Shown here: in pieces, positions 12,930 through 25,430 of the stretch
Layout: the number at the start of each line of letters is the position of its first letter
How positions within the stretch are numbered: position 1 is the first letter of the stretch
NCBI GenBank assembly: GCA_028534125.1
Contig: CM052817.1
Coordinates: 50,594,001 to 50,658,000 of the forward strand
From: Lama glama
Taxonomy: Eukaryota
Direction: 5' to 3'
Length of the DNA stretch: 64,000 bases
Translations under genes and position numbers: made by a program
The notes under the pieces: model-generated
The model's input: the letters and a program-made list of their open reading frames with translations, nothing else
The model's database searches: none
What the model was told of the DNA's origin: nothing

Positions 12930-13190
12930 TGTGGCAGAGAAGATTCCCTACTATCCCAATAAAATGATAAAATACAAAATGCATTAGTGAATTGACAGGA
13001 ATGTAATGTCTACCTAGAAGCCAAGTTTAAGCAAAAGAGAAACTCTTTAGGGACCACTTACGTGGCTACAAGTTGAGTTGAGGAGAAGTACTGGTAGTAC
13101 AGAGATGGATGATATGGGGTACTGGTCCCCCTCAAAACAAAGCTTACTTATGTTCTCTGCTTCTTCTTGATCCTTAGCATATCTCTTCCA
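12930..13190. mobile_element. Possible old MaLR/ERVL LTR fragment
   Basis: MLT1J/K-like text (aagtttaagcaaaagaga...ttctctgcttcttc) next to ERVL internal sequence; weak similarity only. Confidence 0.3.
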
Positions 13191-13199
13191 TAGTGGATT

Positions 13200-15240
13200 G
13201 CTGCTGAGTCCACCCAGCTTTATGATTTGATGGTGAATCTGACAGAACCCACTGCATGATGGATAATAGCTCTGGAAACAGAGTCACTTCACCAGACATT
13301 TTATCTCTATGAGGGGCCAGTAGCATACAGGAGCTATTATTCACATGCTGTGTAGTTCTCTACTGCAGAAGGCATGGCCTTGCTCTAGAACCTGGGATCT
13401 ACATCGTGATTTTTTTGTCAAGCCTTGCCATAAACTCCACTGGGTATCTCTCACAATTTCAGATACTTCTGGTATCTTAGCATCTGCTATGTTGTTTGGC
13501 CTTAAGTAGAAGAGTGGTTTTCACCATAGTCTAGACTTGCTACAAAGTCTTTTTCTACTGTAGTCCCATTCAAACCTGCTGCTTTCCATGCCTCTAGGTA
13601 CATCGGACACAGCAGTATTCTCGTGTGTGGAATATGCCTCCTTCAAAACCCCCAAAATCTGACCAGGCTGTTTTCCTTTTTAACAGAGGAAGGTACAAGA
13701 TGCAATGACTTGTCTTTACTTTGTCATGTATGTAGCAGCATGCTTCTTACTACTGGGCTCCTAAACACCTTCACTGGTATGGTAGGACCCTAAATCTCCT
13801 TTGGCTTTGTCTTACCTTCTGGAGAACATTTGTCTTATTATGACCTCTAATACACTTTCCATATCTTGTTCTTCATCTATACTGATCATCATGATGGATC
13901 AACTTAGTGGACCAAGGTGGTGTTCTGTGAAATGACCAATGATCTAAGTCTGTTAGCAGTATGTTAAACAGAGGTTGAGGAGATAAAGAAGCCTGGGGCA
14001 ACACCATAACTACATATATTTGTCTGTCCTTTGTGACTGTGAAGTGCTTCTGATCCAGCTTCCTTAGGGTGTTGGAGAATAATGCATTCACTAGATCAGT
14101 AACCATATTCCACACCCAAGCTTTGATCTGCTATGGTATTGGCACAGCGGCTGCAAGTAGGGCCACCCTTTAGTAGAATGTGTGGTTTTCCTTGAGGAAC
14201 CATCTGTTTTTGTGAGGGCTAGACTGGAGGATTAAACAGAGATAAGATGGCATGAGCAAATCATAATCCTTTAGGTCTTTAAGGGTGGCACTAGTTCGCT
14301 ACCTCCTCTTAGAATACAATATTATTTCATAATCATTGCCTTGGGTGAAACTGGCAATTCTGAGGCCTCACTTTGACCCTCCCCTGTAATAACTCTTATA
14401 CAACAGGCCAAGTAAATAATGTGGAGTTTTTGTCGACTACCGGTTGCATTTATTTGAAAACCAGGGAATTGACCAACAGGTATGTCTGTAGACCCAGTGG
14501 ACCTACAATGAGCTAGACATGGGCCATGGTTCTATTTATTACATGTCTCCCATTATAACAGGGGAGCTATTTTGTTTCCAGTTGTTAGTGAAAATTTGAA
14601 CTGATCATTGTCAAATATTTGAGTATTCCACTTTCCTCTGGGCAGGGTTACTCAAGGGAAAGACTGTAGGTCCCTTTGGGAAGGTCTAGGAAAATTATCA
14701 TCATATACAATTGACAAGATATTTTGGGGTCCTTCTTTTTAATATGTTTCAGTCTCAGTCAATGAGTTCTGAGTTAAGAACTGGATCAGGTATGAAAACT
14801 GGGCAAGAAATTTTTAATTCTTCATTGGACAGACTACCTCCAATTCTTGATCATTTATCTCTATTTCTTTTGGTTGTATAAATTAAGCCATTGTTGGCCA
14901 CCGTCTCTCTTGCCATTGTGAAAGCCATGTTCTACTGACCATTTCCATAGTTGTCTGTAAATTAAGTCCTCCTGACTACTAATCTATTCTTAATACTCAT
15001 TTAAATAATTGTACTTGCTTTGCATCTGATAATTAAATACACTATGCTGACTTTGTTATTTAAGGATTCTCTCCCCAACCCCCTCGCCTTGCTATTTGGA
15101 AACCTAATTCTTTAATATTATCTCCTTCCTTCAGCCTGGCCTGTATAGCAGGCAGCCACTACTGAGATTCTTGATGATACTGGTGTCCCTCTTACCAGCT
15201 TTTTCCTATTGCTTTAGTAAACGAATGCCCTTCCATGGAA
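13200..15240 (-). mobile_element. Class III ERV (ERVL-type) internal relic: decayed gag-pro-RT-RNaseH
   Basis: Minus-strand translations give LWKWSVEHG (gag, ~14930), INRTMAHV*LIVGPLGLQT (pro, ~14500), DLVNALFS...QIYVVMVLPQ (RT, ORF 13873-14115) and F*SKAMPSAVENYT (~13370). These are collinear with the ERVL motifs LWxWLIxHG, INGVLAQVRLTVGPVG, DLANAFFS..QYTFTVLPQG and FWSKALPSSADNY. Many stops and frameshifts. Confidence 0.88.
13873..14115 (-). pseudogene. Retroviral reverse transcriptase fragment (ERVL pol), non-functional
   Basis: The ORF retains RT motifs A and B (DLVNALFS, LPQ). The YIDD motif region is degenerate and frameshifted. Confidence 0.8.
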
Positions 15241-15409
15241 TATGTTAAGCTTTAAAATATGTCTTGATAGCCAATAAAATTAGTCCTATCTTATTTGTCT
15301 CCTTTTTACTACTTACTTTCCTATTCGTGACCTATTTATTTTCATAATAATTTTGGACTCTAGTTTTCAATTTTCATTCAAAAACTCTTAGGATTTAGAT
15401 TGGTATTGC

Positions 15410-15993
15410 ATACTAGGCAGAAGTCTTGGCCCCCTGATTCTCTTATGGCCCCTGAGATAACCACTTCCTGGGGTTCATGCCTTGTATAATTTCTTCCTCC
15501 TGAGTGTGGGTAGAATGTGTTAATATTATGCCACATTAGTCGCTTGATGAGGTTTTGTTTTATAAGCAATATAATAAGATAGTCCACAATTGTGGTTGCA
15601 TTACATTATGTAAGAATCCACTGTGGCAGAACAGAGTGAGAATCACCTGCTGGATTTAAATAAGTAAGCCAGCATGTTGTGAGACGACTACATTATTGGA
15701 ACCCGAGGGTTGTTTATAGGAACTGAGAGCAATGCTGGCCAACAGCCAGCAGGAAAACAGAGACTTCAGCTCTGAAACCTCAAGGACGTGAAATTGGTCA
15801 ACATGGAGCTCACTTGAGCTTCGGCTGAAACTGCAGACTTGGCTGACGATTTAAGCCTTTAGATACCTTTAGCAGAGAACCCTGTTGAGCCCTGAGCAAA
15901 CTTCTTTCCTATAGAAGATTGTGAGGTAATTAGTGTTGTTTTAACCTATTAAATTTGTCAGAATATGTTACTCAGCAATAGAAACCTAATAAA
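15410..15993 (+). mobile_element. MaLR LTR (MLT1E/F-like)
   Basis: Contains cctcctgagtgtggg and gccaacagccagcaggaaaacagagacttcag, with the 3' end ttttaacctattaaatttg...gttactcagcaatagaaacctaata. Confidence 0.85.
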
Positions 15994-15999
15994 CATACT

Positions 16000-16997
16000 G
16001 TAGAGAATTGATAGTATAATACTGAGCCTGCTGATCATTGAATGTTATAAGCTACTTATTTGAGGTCTTATTTATCTCAAAACTGAATTTATAGTATTCT
16101 CAGTAAATGTATTTATCACATTAATTTCATATTCTTTTTAATATATTATATTGACTAATATCTAGGAGCCATGTTATACTTATTTATTCTAATAATTTAT
16201 CTGTACAGTCTTTTGGATTTTTCACTCATTGAATTACATTATTTAGAAATAATGACAAGTTATTTCATACATTTCAATCCTTGTAGTATTTCTAAATTCC
16301 AATATTTTAACCAAGACCTAGTCTCCAGTACAATGTTGACTATAAAGGATGATTGTGATTAATCCTAATGTTCAATGTCAGAAGAAATTCTGTCAACATT
16401 ATACAATTAGGTATGATTTGTGCTGATATTTTTCTTGTGGATATCCTTTTATATTAAGAAAGTTTTCTTAAATTGCTAATTTGCTGATTTTTATGCTATG
16501 GATTTTGAATTTTATTGAATACTTTTTTGCATCAATAAGATGATCATATAATTTTCTTTTATTGTTAGTGTAGTGAATTGCATTGATTACTTTTTTAATT
16601 GACACAGGGCCATGAGTTACTGAAATAAAGTCAATCAGATCATGGGGAAATAAAGTCAATATAGATTACTGGAATTAGTTTGTAAATCTTGCTTAAGTTT
16701 GTTGAATCTATGTACATAACTGAGATTAGCTTGCAATGTTTCCCTCCTTTGGAAAATCATTGTCAAGTTTGGGTATCAAGGTTATGATGATTTAATCAAA
16801 GAAAGTTGGGAATGTTCCCACTTTTTCTGTTTTCTGGAAGGGTCTGGGTAATATTGTGGTTATTTCTGTTTTAATGTTTAGAGTAATTCAGCAATAAATA
16901 CATTTGACATTTCTGTTGAGAAAGATTCTACTTACTTACTTAACTTCTTCAGTAGTGAATTGTTCAGGTTTTCTATTTCTTCCTGTGTCAAATTTGG
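16000..16997 (-). mobile_element. Old L1 ORF2 fragment
   Basis: T-rich antisense L1 text (ctccagtacaatgttga; ggtatcaaggttatg; ttcaggttttctatttcttcctg). Confidence 0.75.
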
Positions 16998-17307
16998 CAG
17001 GGATGTCAGTGCCTCTGCTTATCCTCAGTACTAGGTAAATGACATTTGCCTTGTACTTGCTCTGAGTCTTACCATGCATCATGGCCCCCTGGAATTCTGT
17101 ACTCTTGGGGCATTGAAAACACCATATGTGAATGGGGTAGCAAAATCCATTGTTCCATCAGATTTCATTTATGAAATACAAGTTCATAGATAAAATTATT
17201 AAGAATCTCAAGACACTGACAGCAGAGCACTAAGCCAGGTATAGGGCCCTTGTGATTGTGGGTACTCTGCCACTGCACAGGTTGCATGACCATAAAGGTC
17301 AGTCCTG
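16998..17307 (-). mobile_element. MER45-family hAT-Tip100 fragment
   Basis: The reverse complement begins caggactgacctttatggtcatgcaacctgtgcagt...gctctgctgtcagtgtcttgagattcttaataattttatc, matching the MER45 start. Confidence 0.75.
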
Positions 17308-17740
17308 TTTTTATTCATAAAACAACAAAATATGGAGACTATTCAAATGTCTATCTATTGATTAATGTATGAGCAATCCACAGTACCTCTTGTATGATGA
17401 AATGATACTCAGCAATAAAAATAAATGCACTATTGATAAATGCAGTAGAATGAGTAAAGCTAAAATTCATGCTGTAGAAGAAGCCAGATAATAATATCCT
17501 GCATATTGTAGGGTTCCTTTTATATGTCATTCTGTGAAAGGAAATATTGTGGGGACAGAAAACAAATGAATGATTGCTAAGGCCTGGGGCAAAAGGGGTA
17601 ACTGACCACAAAGGGGCATAGGGGACTTTTTTGGTGAAAGAAATGAGGTGGTAGTTATATAGATATACACTTGTCAGAATTTACTTCTGGAAAAGGGTGA
17701 CTGTTACTGTATATAAATTATGCTTCAACTCAACTCATAA
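17308..17740 (+). mobile_element. L1 3' end (L1MB/L1ME-like)
   Basis: caaatgtctatc...atactcagcaataaaaa...ggggacagaaaacaaatgaatgattgctaaggcctgggg...tgtatataaattatgcttcaa. Confidence 0.8.
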
Positions 17741-17749
17741 GAAACTACT

Positions 17750-18400
17750 TTTGACTTTCATGATCAGGCTATGTTTATTTTGTTTTTCTTTAATTTCTAC
17801 TAGTTTTTAATTATTAATTCTTACATTCTAAAAATTTAGAGTATTTGGTTTGTTCTAATTTTTTTTCATCTTACTTAGATAGATACTTAACACACTGATT
17901 ATTAGCCTTTCATCTCTTCTAATATATACATTGAAGTTATGATTTACCCTCTTACTATGGCTTTAGCTGCATCTTGTAAGATTTCACATGCCCTATTTTC
18001 ATTGTCATTAGGTTCTCGATATTTTCTTTTTTCCTTTAAATGAAATATAGTCAGTTATAATGTGTCAATTTCTGATATACAGCATAACAAGTTTCTAAAT
18101 ATTTTCTAATCAACATTGTGGTTTTTCCTGTAGCAGATTATTTAAAAATATATTTGTTGATTTCTAAACATAAGGTGATCATTGTTTAATGGATTTTTAC
18201 CTTAATTCCTCTGTGATTAGAGAGCACTCTGTATGTTCTTAGTACCTTGAAATTTGTTGAGAATTCCTTTATGCCCAGCATATCATTAATTTTGTAAATG
18301 TATGAACTTTTGAAGAATGTATAATTTTTATCTTTTAGGTACATGATTCAAACTATATTCAGTTTGGCCAGCCTTACTGATTGTTTGTTAGATTGTTTTA
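17750..18400 (-). mobile_element. Old L1 ORF2 fragment (likely continuation of 16000-16997)
   Basis: gctttagctgcatc...gaaatttgttgaga...gaagaatgtata is antisense L1. Confidence 0.7.
18028..18090 (-). mobile_element. Extremely 5'-truncated young L1 3' tip
   Basis: tatagtcagttataatgtgtcaatttctgatatacagca matches tataatcagttacaatgtgtcaatttctggtatacagca near 42144. It has a poly(T) and a TSD-like pair ggttctcgatattttct / gtttctaaatattttct. Confidence 0.75.
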
Positions 18401-19513
18401 CAGCAAAGATTCTAAAACATTTTAGGCCTCTTTAAACTCCTAAAAATTATTGAAAACATAAAAAAATTGTATATATGAGTTATATCTATAGATATCTGCC
18501 TTACTAAAAATGAAAACTCAAAAATATGTACCACATAATTTAAAATAACAGTACTATACTATTACATGTTATTATAAATAACATCTTTTAGGAAAAATAA
18601 CTATATTTTCCAAAAGATAACAGAGAATATAGCATTGTTTTACATTTTTTCCAAATCTCTATTGTTTTGGGTGAAGTAGAGGGAAAAAAATCCAAACTCA
18701 TGTGGACATATAGTTTAACAAAAAAAGAGATACTTTAATAGCATTTTCAGATAATAATGAATAATCATTTTTTATACCATACCACAAACTGAATTAGTTA
18801 CAGTGTAGAATTTGGAACTATATCAGTTAGTTACATTAAAATCCCTGGTCTGTTTTGCACTTTGAATAGATCTTTACCTATGCATGATTTTATAACATAA
18901 TGCATTGGTCTTCTGAAGATATTGGTTATATGCAGATCTTCTAAATATTGACACATTCCATTATACAATATCCAAAAATCACATTTGTTAGTATCACCAC
19001 AATCTTATCATAAGAATCTTTATGTATTGGGAAGCTTTCATGCTCATGGTGGCATATGTAAGTTTCTCGTTGACAAAAAATATTTATAGTTGTTTTCCTT
19101 GAAATGATAAACTCATTTGTTTTTTAAAAAATGTTATATACTCAAATCTAAATAACAATACCTTGTCAATACTTTTTCCAAGAAAATGATTCTCCATGGT
19201 TAGTTTAAGTCATAATTTAAATGATTGTACAAGTATTTTTCTTGTGGACAGCCATCATATTTTTGTATGACACAGAAATTCATTATGCATAATTCATACT
19301 TTGTAACAGCATATTTTAAAATGTGTGTGCAATAGATAAGATTTAATAAAATTAATAGTAATTATTGTTCATCAAGGATGTTTTTAAGTAAAAATGACTA
19401 TTTTTTCTTTAAGTGCATGGCAGTAAAAAATACATGACTTTTAGTATGGCTTGTTGCCACTGAAGGGTTTTAGGGACCCCATGGGTCATCAAATCATGTG
19501 CTGGGAATCACTG
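18401..19513. mobile_element. Charlie1a-like hAT DNA transposon
   Basis: Left end cagc...ctttaaactcctaaaaattattga...gagttatatctatagatat and right end gaagggttttagggacccc...gggaatcactg resemble the Charlie1 termini. Confidence 0.8.
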
Positions 19514-19559
19514 AATTAGTACCTGAGCTGTCACTAATCAAATTCTTTATAACAATATC

Positions 19560-19700
19560 ATATTAGAGGTCATTGAAACACATTTTTGGTTTGCCTGTGT
19601 ATTTGCTTATTTTTAGCTGTGAGTGAATGGTAGTAAAAAAATACAATGACTCTTAGTACAGTTTGGTGCTACTACTTTGACTTGTGCTGATGTGCTGTGG
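19560..19700. mobile_element. Second Charlie1 fragment
   Basis: gagtgaatggtagtaaaaaaatacaatgactcttagtacagtttggtgctact is homologous to 19410-19462. Confidence 0.6.
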
Positions 19701-19739
19701 ACAAAAAACATCACTTACCATTTCAGTAAACCAGGGATG

Positions 19740-20235
19740 TTATAGGGTTGTACCACGTCGTATCAGTCCAATCTTCAGGTAGGATAGAAGGCTGGATGTT
19801 GAGTCATATGGCAATAATGCTTAGGTAATAAAACCCCAATAAATACTCTGGACACCAAAGCTTGGGTGAGCTTCCCTGGTTGACAGAATTCTTTGAGTAT
19901 TATCATATTTCAGTGCTTGGAGGGTAACATGTGCCTGGGGACATTTGAACCCCTCACAGACTTCTCTTTATGTTTCTCTTCTTTGGCTAGTGCTAATTTG
20001 TTTCCTTTTGCTATTGTAAAATTGTAATTGTAAGTATGGTGCTTTCCTTGAGTTCTGTGAGTTTTTCTAGTGGATTATTGAACTTGAGGGTTATTTTAAA
20101 AGCTCCAAATGTATAGCCAGCTAGTCAGAAGTGACTATGGCCCTGGGGAACCTTGAGCTTGTGGCTGGTGTTTGAAGTGAAGGTAGTCTTTTGGAGAATT
20201 ATGTTCTTAATCTTGAGTTTGGCTAACTTCAGGTA
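19740..20235 (+). mobile_element. MER21C-like LTR
   Basis: ccccaataaatactctggacaccaaagcttgggtgagcttccctggttg...tgagttctgtgagtttttctag...gtcagaagtg...cttgtggctggtgtttgaagtg. Confidence 0.8.
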
Positions 20236-20479
20236 AATGGTTACCTAGGGATGTCTTGACTTGTAAATTACATTGTTATGTTATGTTAAAATAATATATA
20301 ATTCATAATATAGGAGTTATGATTAGAACACCTAACTCCCTATAATCCCTCTTCCCAATTTAGTTCCATATGTATGTTTTAAAACTTGACATAAATTATT
20401 ATTATTGTTTAGATGTATCCATGAGTTTACTCTTTCATTGTTCTTATTTTCTGCACTTAAAGCTTTGGATTTTGTATTA

Positions 20480-22930
20480 ACATATTTAAGTTAACCGTTA
20501 AAAATTTAAAACAGATTTCATAGTGTTAAATAAGGTAGATAAATATAAATGGAAGAAGAAAAATAATCTATCCAAATGAAAGGAAAAAGAAGTAAAATTA
20601 TATAGGAAAGATGGAAGAAATTGAGTCATAAAATAAGATAGTGGAAAATATTCCAGGAATATTGGTTATTATATTAAGTGTAAGGTGAGTAAATTCTTTA
20701 TTAAAAAAGACAAACTGTCAGAGTATGCTAAAAGTACAATGTATATTTAAACCTCAAGACTATAGAAATACTGAAAGAAGGATAGTAAAAGACATACAAA
20801 GCAAATACTAAATAAAGAAAAGCTGGTGGAAATATGTATCAGACAAAGTAGTTTCAAAGCAAAGCACATTAAGCATTAAAAATCATCAAGAGGTCTCCAG
20901 ATAATGACAAAATATTTAATTCACTAGAAAAAATAATAAGCTTACCTAACTAATCATATCATTTCAAAAATATTTAAAGTAAATATTGATAAAACTGTGA
21001 AGATGAGTTTGCAAAACGAGACTTATTTTTGATGATTTTTATTTACACTTCTATTAACAACCAATAGATGGAGCAAATAAAAATTTTTAAGGACATGGAA
21101 AATTTATTCAATACAAATGAATACATTTGATTTAATAGATGTATATGTAACACAGAACCAATAACTTCAGAATACATATTCTTTTCAAGGACATACAGCA
21201 TATTTATGAAGGCTGACTGCAATCTGGAAAATAAAACAAATCTCAGAAAAATTTCGCAGGATTTATTATGAAGAACAGTCTTCTACCATACTGTGTTTCA
21301 ATTAGAGATCTATAACAGAGAGATACTGGAAAAATGTCAAAAGTCAGGAAACAGATAGCTAATGGGTCAAAGAAAAAAACCCTGAAGTGAAAGTTAAACA
21401 AAATAATTTGAATTGTAAAATAACAACAAAATATCACATAGTATCAAAACTTGATTAATTCATCTGAACAGCATGTTATAGGAAGTTTAAAGGATTGAAT
21501 GAATCTTAATGTAAGGTGAAACAAATGTAAGTTGAAATGGAACAAATGTAATGAGTTGAAAATAGATAGGAATCAGTTAAGAAAGTAAGAAAATAATGAA
21601 GGTGTAAACTGAAAAATTGGGGAAGAAAGTAAAAAATAAAGCAGAAATATAATAGAATCATAGAGGATACCAGTAAAAGCATTAGTTTTTAAAAGATACG
21701 ATACTCTGGAAAGTATGATCAGAGGAAAAACAGAAGATACAAAGACATTTGGAATAAAAATGTATAAGTTACCTGAGATATAATAGTTTATCAAAATATT
21801 TAAGATATTCAAAGATTAAATATAATAATTTTAAAGCAAAGTATTTTAGAAATAAGACCTATAATATTTATATAACAATAAATCATAATCTTATAAACAT
21901 TAAATATCATACCTGAGTTGTATATAATCCCTGTAACATAGTAACCATTAATTAAAACATTTAAACCTAAAATCTCTCTAGGCCTACATTGTTTCATTAG
22001 AAACATCTGCCAGATGTTCAAGAGCAAATAATTATTGTCTTAAATGCTTCTTTCAGAGAAAATAAGAAGAGCAAATATTCCCAGGTCATGTTTGTAATAT
22101 TAACATAACCTTGATAATAAAACCTAACAAAAACATTGTAAGCAAATAAAATATAAGCTAATCTCAGACATGAACATGAAGCATTTAAAACAGCATTGTT
22201 AGCATACAAAATCTAGCAATGTATAAAATGAATAAAGTATCTCTATAGGAGACATTTTATATAGAAATAATTCAGGATTATATAGTAATTTTGAATCCGA
22301 TTATCCTATGACCCAACAATTCCACTCCTAAATATGCATGTTAAAACTCATTGTACACAGGTGCCATGAAATGTGCAAAAGATGTAAGATAGAGCAACAT
22401 TGTTTGTGATAGCGAAAAAAAAAAAAAAGAAAAAAGTGAATCACCCAAATTCACAAATAAAATCCATCAATATTTGAAAAGATACCTTACATGGGCTATA
22501 ATCTTATAATCAAATAAAATAGCTGATACAAAGAACAATTTCATTGATTTTATAAATAAACAAAGATTGCTCTCTGAAACTAATGTTGAGTCAAAAAGCA
22601 GTTATGGAAGGAGAGAGAAAGTACAATTTCATTATATAAAGTTTGAAAACATGCAGAACTCAACAGTATAATTTTCGAGATACAAACCTCTGGTGAATGT
22701 GAGAAAGAAAAATAAGAAAGTAGTAAATAAAAAATTCAGAAGAATAGTTACAGCTCAGTAGAGAGTGGTCTCTTTAGAGTACAGTCTCTTTACCCAGAGA
22801 CTTAAAAGTCAAGATAATATTCCTTTTTAAACTGCGAGGTCGATTTTCGTGTATTATTATTTTATACTTTAAATATACTCTACAAATATTTGTATAGACT
22901 CAATATTTAATAAGAATAAAATGAAAAAAA
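20480..22930 (+). mobile_element. Old L1 ORF2 and 3' end, decayed
   Basis: A-rich endonuclease-region text (tcagacaaagtag; gaatacatattcttttcaagg), then ctatgacccaacaattccactccta and a 3' UTR ending in an A-rich tail. Confidence 0.8.
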
Positions 22931-23569
22931 AAGGTGCTAGAAATCCCTAGGCTAATTGTTCATGCTTTATTAACAGTGTCATAACAATATGTTATTTATG
23001 CAGAACATAGTCAAAGATTTATCTTCTCAGTAATGTGTTAAATTAGAACTGTGACATTGGAGACATAGACTAATGCATTGCTGTTTCTCCTCTCATTTAG
23101 AATTGGAACTGTATCAGAAGATAAATTAGTTCTGTGGTCTCTTACACTTGTGCTAGTTAAAATGAGTTTCTTTTACCAACACACTGTCAGCCACCATCCT
23201 GAGTTTAGATTCATGATTATGCCACTTCCTCTGGTTTCTGTAATAATAGCCCAGAGAAAGACAACAGGAATCTTAATGCTTAGCTTTAGCTGTATCTAAT
23301 AGAAGAAAATTTACTGCTTTACTTTGTTAGTAACTGGGATTGACTGGCAGTTAGTCACTTTGTTCCTATCAGTGTGACTACAAAGATTAAAATGAAACTA
23401 AATATTCTAAAGAATCATTTCCTTACCTTTTCTCTTTACCTTTAAAAAATCATTGATACATGTTTACTGCCAGAACTTCAGAAAACACATAATGTAATAC
23501 AAGGAGCCTGAAGAAAAAGCCTAGAATAGCAATAGCAACATTATTTGTGCACTTCCTTTTGTTTCCTCC

Positions 23570-25430
23570 ATGTAAGAGTACTGTCATCTTGAAAATATTT
23601 TTGCCCTGTTTTTTTCCACTTAGAATTTTCTCATATCATTATTCTTCTAATACATGATTTTAAATCACTACATATTTCCTCTATGAATGATTGATAATTG
23701 ACTTAATCTCTAACCTATAAATGGACATGGTAATTGAGTCCAATGTTTTGCTATTATTTAAATGCTGCAAGTGAATCTTTCTTTGAAAACGATCTTTAAC
23801 AGTATATTGATTATTTTCTTGAATATCAGAACAGAATATTAATTTAGGAGTGACCTTAAGTCTTACATCAACTGTACTCATGAAAGAAAATTCTGGCTTT
23901 ATTCCCCTAATTTATTTCTTTGTGTCTCTTGACCTGCTTCACTCTCCCTCAACTTTCTGGTTTGCCACGTTCATTCTGTCTTTTTTTTTTTTTTTTTTTT
24001 TTTTTCCTTTTTTGGTGCAGAATTGAGGACCCATGGAGAAAATGTAGAGGGACATGAGGCAGTTGGACTAGTCTAGTGGAAGTTTTGTTTTTGTTTTTGT
24101 TTTTTTTACAGCATGTTGAAAGAGGACAGCTTCACAGATTACGGAAGTAGATAGAAAATAAGGGAATTTTTAAGAACTGTTAATTTGGTCTAAGATAAAT
24201 AATTCCATGAGAGTGTTATAAAAACAGAAGAATTTTTTAAAAATTATATCTTGGTTACAGACTTGGTGCTTTTTTTGACTGTGACATTATTTTAAGCTAG
24301 AATATGAGCATCATGGTTTCATTAACTTTACACATCTACAAAGAGAGATCACTGTCTTCTTAATTCCTGTCAGAATTGCTTTCTGCAAAGGTTAGGTCAA
24401 TGTATCTTTTTCACCAGCCTGATTTAAGAATGCCTGTAGTACTGATTTCATATAATAGTGGAATATTATCATTGTACAAAAAAGTTTGTAAAACTTGATA
24501 GGTGGAAAAATGATATATGGTTATTTAATTTTGTGTATCTTCATTAGTGATATTGGGTATTTGCCATAGTTTTATTCTTATCTTACATTTCATTTGAAAG
24601 TGCTTTGATCATGATTATTGTTGATTCACTGGATGTGGAGAAAGTATTTCTTTAATTAAATTTTATACTCAGTGTTTATTAAAGATATAAATCTATTAAT
24701 TTTCATATTTGTTACAGTTATCTCCCTCATTTTTATCATTTGATTTTAATTGTATTAATTAGTTTTAAATACAGGTGTTGGCCCACAGCCCGAGATGAGT
24801 GCTGAGAAGATAGTCATATTAACTGTTAAGGGAAGCAGATGCATTAAAATTGTATATAGTCAAATCAATTGACTTTTTCCTCTATGATTTAATCCATTGT
24901 TATATCAAGAAGTCCTTGCCTTTTCTGAGTGTTCAGCAAGTACTCACCTACAAGTTTTAATGTTTATATGTATTGCATTTGTTTTGTCCACTTGGAATTT
25001 ATCTTGGGATAAGTTTGAAGAAAAAATTAATTTTTTTCCTGATGATTATCCAATTGTTCCAATACAGTATGTTAAAAATCAATTTTTTTACTCTTATTAG
25101 TAATGCTACTTTTATAATATAAAAATTAATAATATATTAGACCAGCTAGCCTATGATATTAATCTAATATCTAGCTTGAGTTTTATGATAATTCCAAATT
25201 TATCTTGTGTTTTAATATACCAGAAAACATCCCAGTAATCGTTTTAAAAAATGTCTATACTCTTTTTACTTTTTCCTCTTCCTGTAACATTCAGAGTCAC
25301 TTTGCCAAGTTATTAAAAAATCCCCATTGGAAATTTGACTAGAATTAGATTAAACCTCCACATAATTTAGAAAGTATGCTACTTCCATTTATCAAGTATT
25401 TTAAATACTTCAATAAAAGATTGGAATTTA
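23570..25430 (-). mobile_element. Fragmented old L1 (L1ME-like 3' end and ORF2 pieces)
   Basis: Antisense L1 patches at ~23570-23900 and ~24370-25430, with unassigned sequence between them. Confidence 0.55.
23980..24005. repeat. Poly(T) tract
   Basis: Run of about 26 T. Confidence 0.9.
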
